DNA from: Thermodesulfobacteriota bacterium B35
GTDB lineage: Bacteria > Desulfobacterota > Desulfobulbia > Desulfobulbales > Desulfobulbaceae
Direction of reading: 5' to 3'
Assembly: GCA_046599375.1 (NCBI GenBank)
Contig: JBKIWM010000002.1
Span: forward strand, 503,001-527,000
Length of the DNA: 24,000 bases
How positions within the stretch are numbered: the first letter of the stretch is position 1; each line of letters starts with the position of its first letter. Below are positions 22,632 to 24,000 of this stretch, piece by piece. The position numbers and the translations under genes are program-made. The notes beneath the pieces are model-generated. The model did no database searches. It was not told the DNA's origin and was given only the letters and a program-made list of their open reading frames with translations.

Positions 22632-24000
22632 TCAATCGATGCGAGCCGTCCGCAGCCGCAGGGCATTGACCACTACGGAGACGGAACTCAGGCTCATGGC
22701 GGCCGCCGCGATGATCGGACTGAGCAGGATACCGAAGAAGGGATAGAGCACTCCGGCCGCCACGGGCACGCCCAGCGAGTTGTAGACAAAGGCGAAGAAC
22801 AGGTTCTGCCGGATATTGGCCATGGTGGCCCGTGAGAGTTTCCGGGCCCGGACAATGCCGGTCAGATCCCCCTTGACCAGTGTCACGCCGGCAGATTCCA
22901 TGGCAACATCGGTGCCCGTGCCCATGGCAATTCCCACGTGGGCCTGGGCCAGGGCGGGGGCATCGTTGATGCCGTCCCCTGCCATTGCCACCATTCTACC
23001 TGCATCCTGGTATTTTTTCACTACTTTTGCCTTTTCATCCGGCAGGACCCCGGCCACGACCTCGTCGATGTCCAGCTGCGCTGCCACGGCCTCGGCCGTG
23101 GCCCGGTTGTCGCCGGTGACCATCACCACCCGCATTCCCTCCCGGTGCAGGGCACGGATGGCGTCCGGGGTGGTCTCCTTGATGGGATCGGAGACAGCGA
23201 CCAGTCCGGCAATGGCGCCGTCCACGGCCACAAACATCACGGTCTTGCCCTGGCGCCGCATCTCTTCGGCCCGCTCGGCAAGAATACGGGTATCAACACC
23301 TGCATTCTCCATGAGATGCAGGTTACCGAGCAAGACCTCGCGGCCGTCAACCGTTCCCCTGACTCCCTTGCCGGTGATCGAGGTGAACTCCTGCGGCTCG
23401 GTCAGTTCAACCCCCTGTTGTCCGGCGCCATGGACAATGGCCGCGGCCAGGGGATGTTCACTGGTCTTCTCCAGGCTTGCCGCCATGCGCAGCAGCCGTT
23501 CTTCGTCCATACCCTCTGCCGGGACCATGCCGGTCAGCTTCGGCTTGCCCAGGGTCAGGGTGCCGGTCTTGTCCACCAGCAGGGTGTCGATCCGGCGCAT
23601 GGTCTCGATGGCCTCGGCATTCTTGAACAGGACGCCCATGGTGGCGCCCTTGCCGGTGGCCACCATGATGGACATGGGGGTGGCCAGGCCGAGGGCACAG
23701 GGACAGGCGATGATCAGTACCGACACAGCGACGATGAGGGCATGGGCCAGTCGCGGTTCAGGACCGAAATAGAACCAGACCGTGAAGGCAAGCAGGGCGA
23801 TACTGATGACCACCGGCACAAACCAGCCCGCCACCTGGTCAGCCAGCTTCTGGATCGGGGCCCGGGAACGCTGGGCCTCGGCCACCATCTGCACGATCCT
23901 GGCCAGCAGGGTCTCGCTGCCCACCTTCTCCGCCCTGATGGTGAGGGCGCCTGTGGTGTTGACGGTGGCGCCGATCACCCGGTCACCCGTGTCTTTCCTG
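22632..24000 (-). CDS. copA: Cu(I)/Ag(I)-type P1B-1 heavy-metal P-type ATPase, C-terminal part (5' end beyond the window)
   Basis: CPC motif in TM6 ([13 protein letters not shown]), DKTGTLT phosphorylation site, [20 protein letters not shown], and the P1B-1 TM7/8 signatures FVYN and [10 protein letters not shown]. The reading frame stays open to position 24000. Confidence 0.92.
   Translation of the reverse strand, partial: RKDTGDRVIGATVNTTGALTIRAEKVGSETLLARIVQMVAEAQRSRAPIQKLADQVAGWFVPVVISIALLAFTVWFYFGPEPRLAHALIVAVSVLIIACPCALGLATPMSIMVATGKGATMGVLFKNAEAIETMRRIDTLLVDKTGTLTLGKPKLTGMVPAEGMDEERLLRMAASLEKTSEHPLAAAIVHGAGQQGVELTEPQEFTSITGKGVRGTVDGREVLLGNLHLMENAGVDTRILAERAEEMRRQGKTVMFVAVDGAIAGLVAVSDPIKETTPDAIRALHREGMRVVMVTGDNRATAEAVAAQLDIDEVVAGVLPDEKAKVVKKYQDAGRMVAMAGDGINDAPALAQAHVGIAMGTGTDVAMESAGVTLVKGDLTGIVRARKLSRATMANIRQNLFFAFVYNSLGVPVAAGVLYPFFGILLSPIIAAAAMSLSSVSVVVNALRLRTARID

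Noticed and set aside
21351-22835. 494-aa plus-strand ORF spanning the GAF-kinase gene and the end of copA, plus 22816-23772(+), 15255-16163(+), 16226-17341(+), 19504-20121(+) and 20622-21242(+)
   Set aside because: These are antisense shadows of well-supported minus-strand genes (kinases, copA, hgcA, permease). They cross intergenic repeats and have no domain-like sequence.

Overview
GC-rich bacterial chromosomal window. Gene content and synteny look Desulfobacterota or deltaproteobacterial, possibly Desulfobulbales-like, but the taxon is inference only. Positions 1-14.3 kb are housekeeping: leuS-lptE, a fused transketolase, a tRNA-dihydrouridine synthase, a frameshifted DUF445 membrane-protein gene, a HAD phosphatase, a CooC-type ATPase, and the division/cell-wall operon ftsE-ftsX-envC-ctpA. 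Positions 14.7-24 kb are entirely minus-strand and themed around metals and signalling. They hold a partial Cu(I) P-type ATPase (copA), a GAF histidine kinase, a membrane histidine kinase, a fatty-acid-hydroxylase/desaturase-family protein, and a kinase paralog lacking its ATPase domain. The most notable item is a tight four-gene operon: ArsR/CadC-type repressor -> Cys/His-rich COG0701 permease -> hgcA -> hgcB. HgcA and HgcB are the corrinoid protein and 2[4Fe-4S] ferredoxin of mercury methylation. A 12-2-12 ArsR/SmtB-type operator overlaps the operon's predicted promoter. Most intergenic gaps carry members of three interlocking non-coding repeat families. These are a ~27-nt GTTCACCGC..GCAAC..CCTGAA box, in-register CCTGNNN heptamer arrays, and ~80-110-nt hairpins with a conserved GCCGC-TATAGYC..GCGG apex. 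Box copies bracket the hgc operon, sit between hgcA and hgcB, and separate the kinase and desaturase genes. Most long ORFs in the six-frame track that lie opposite these genes are GC-driven shadow ORFs.
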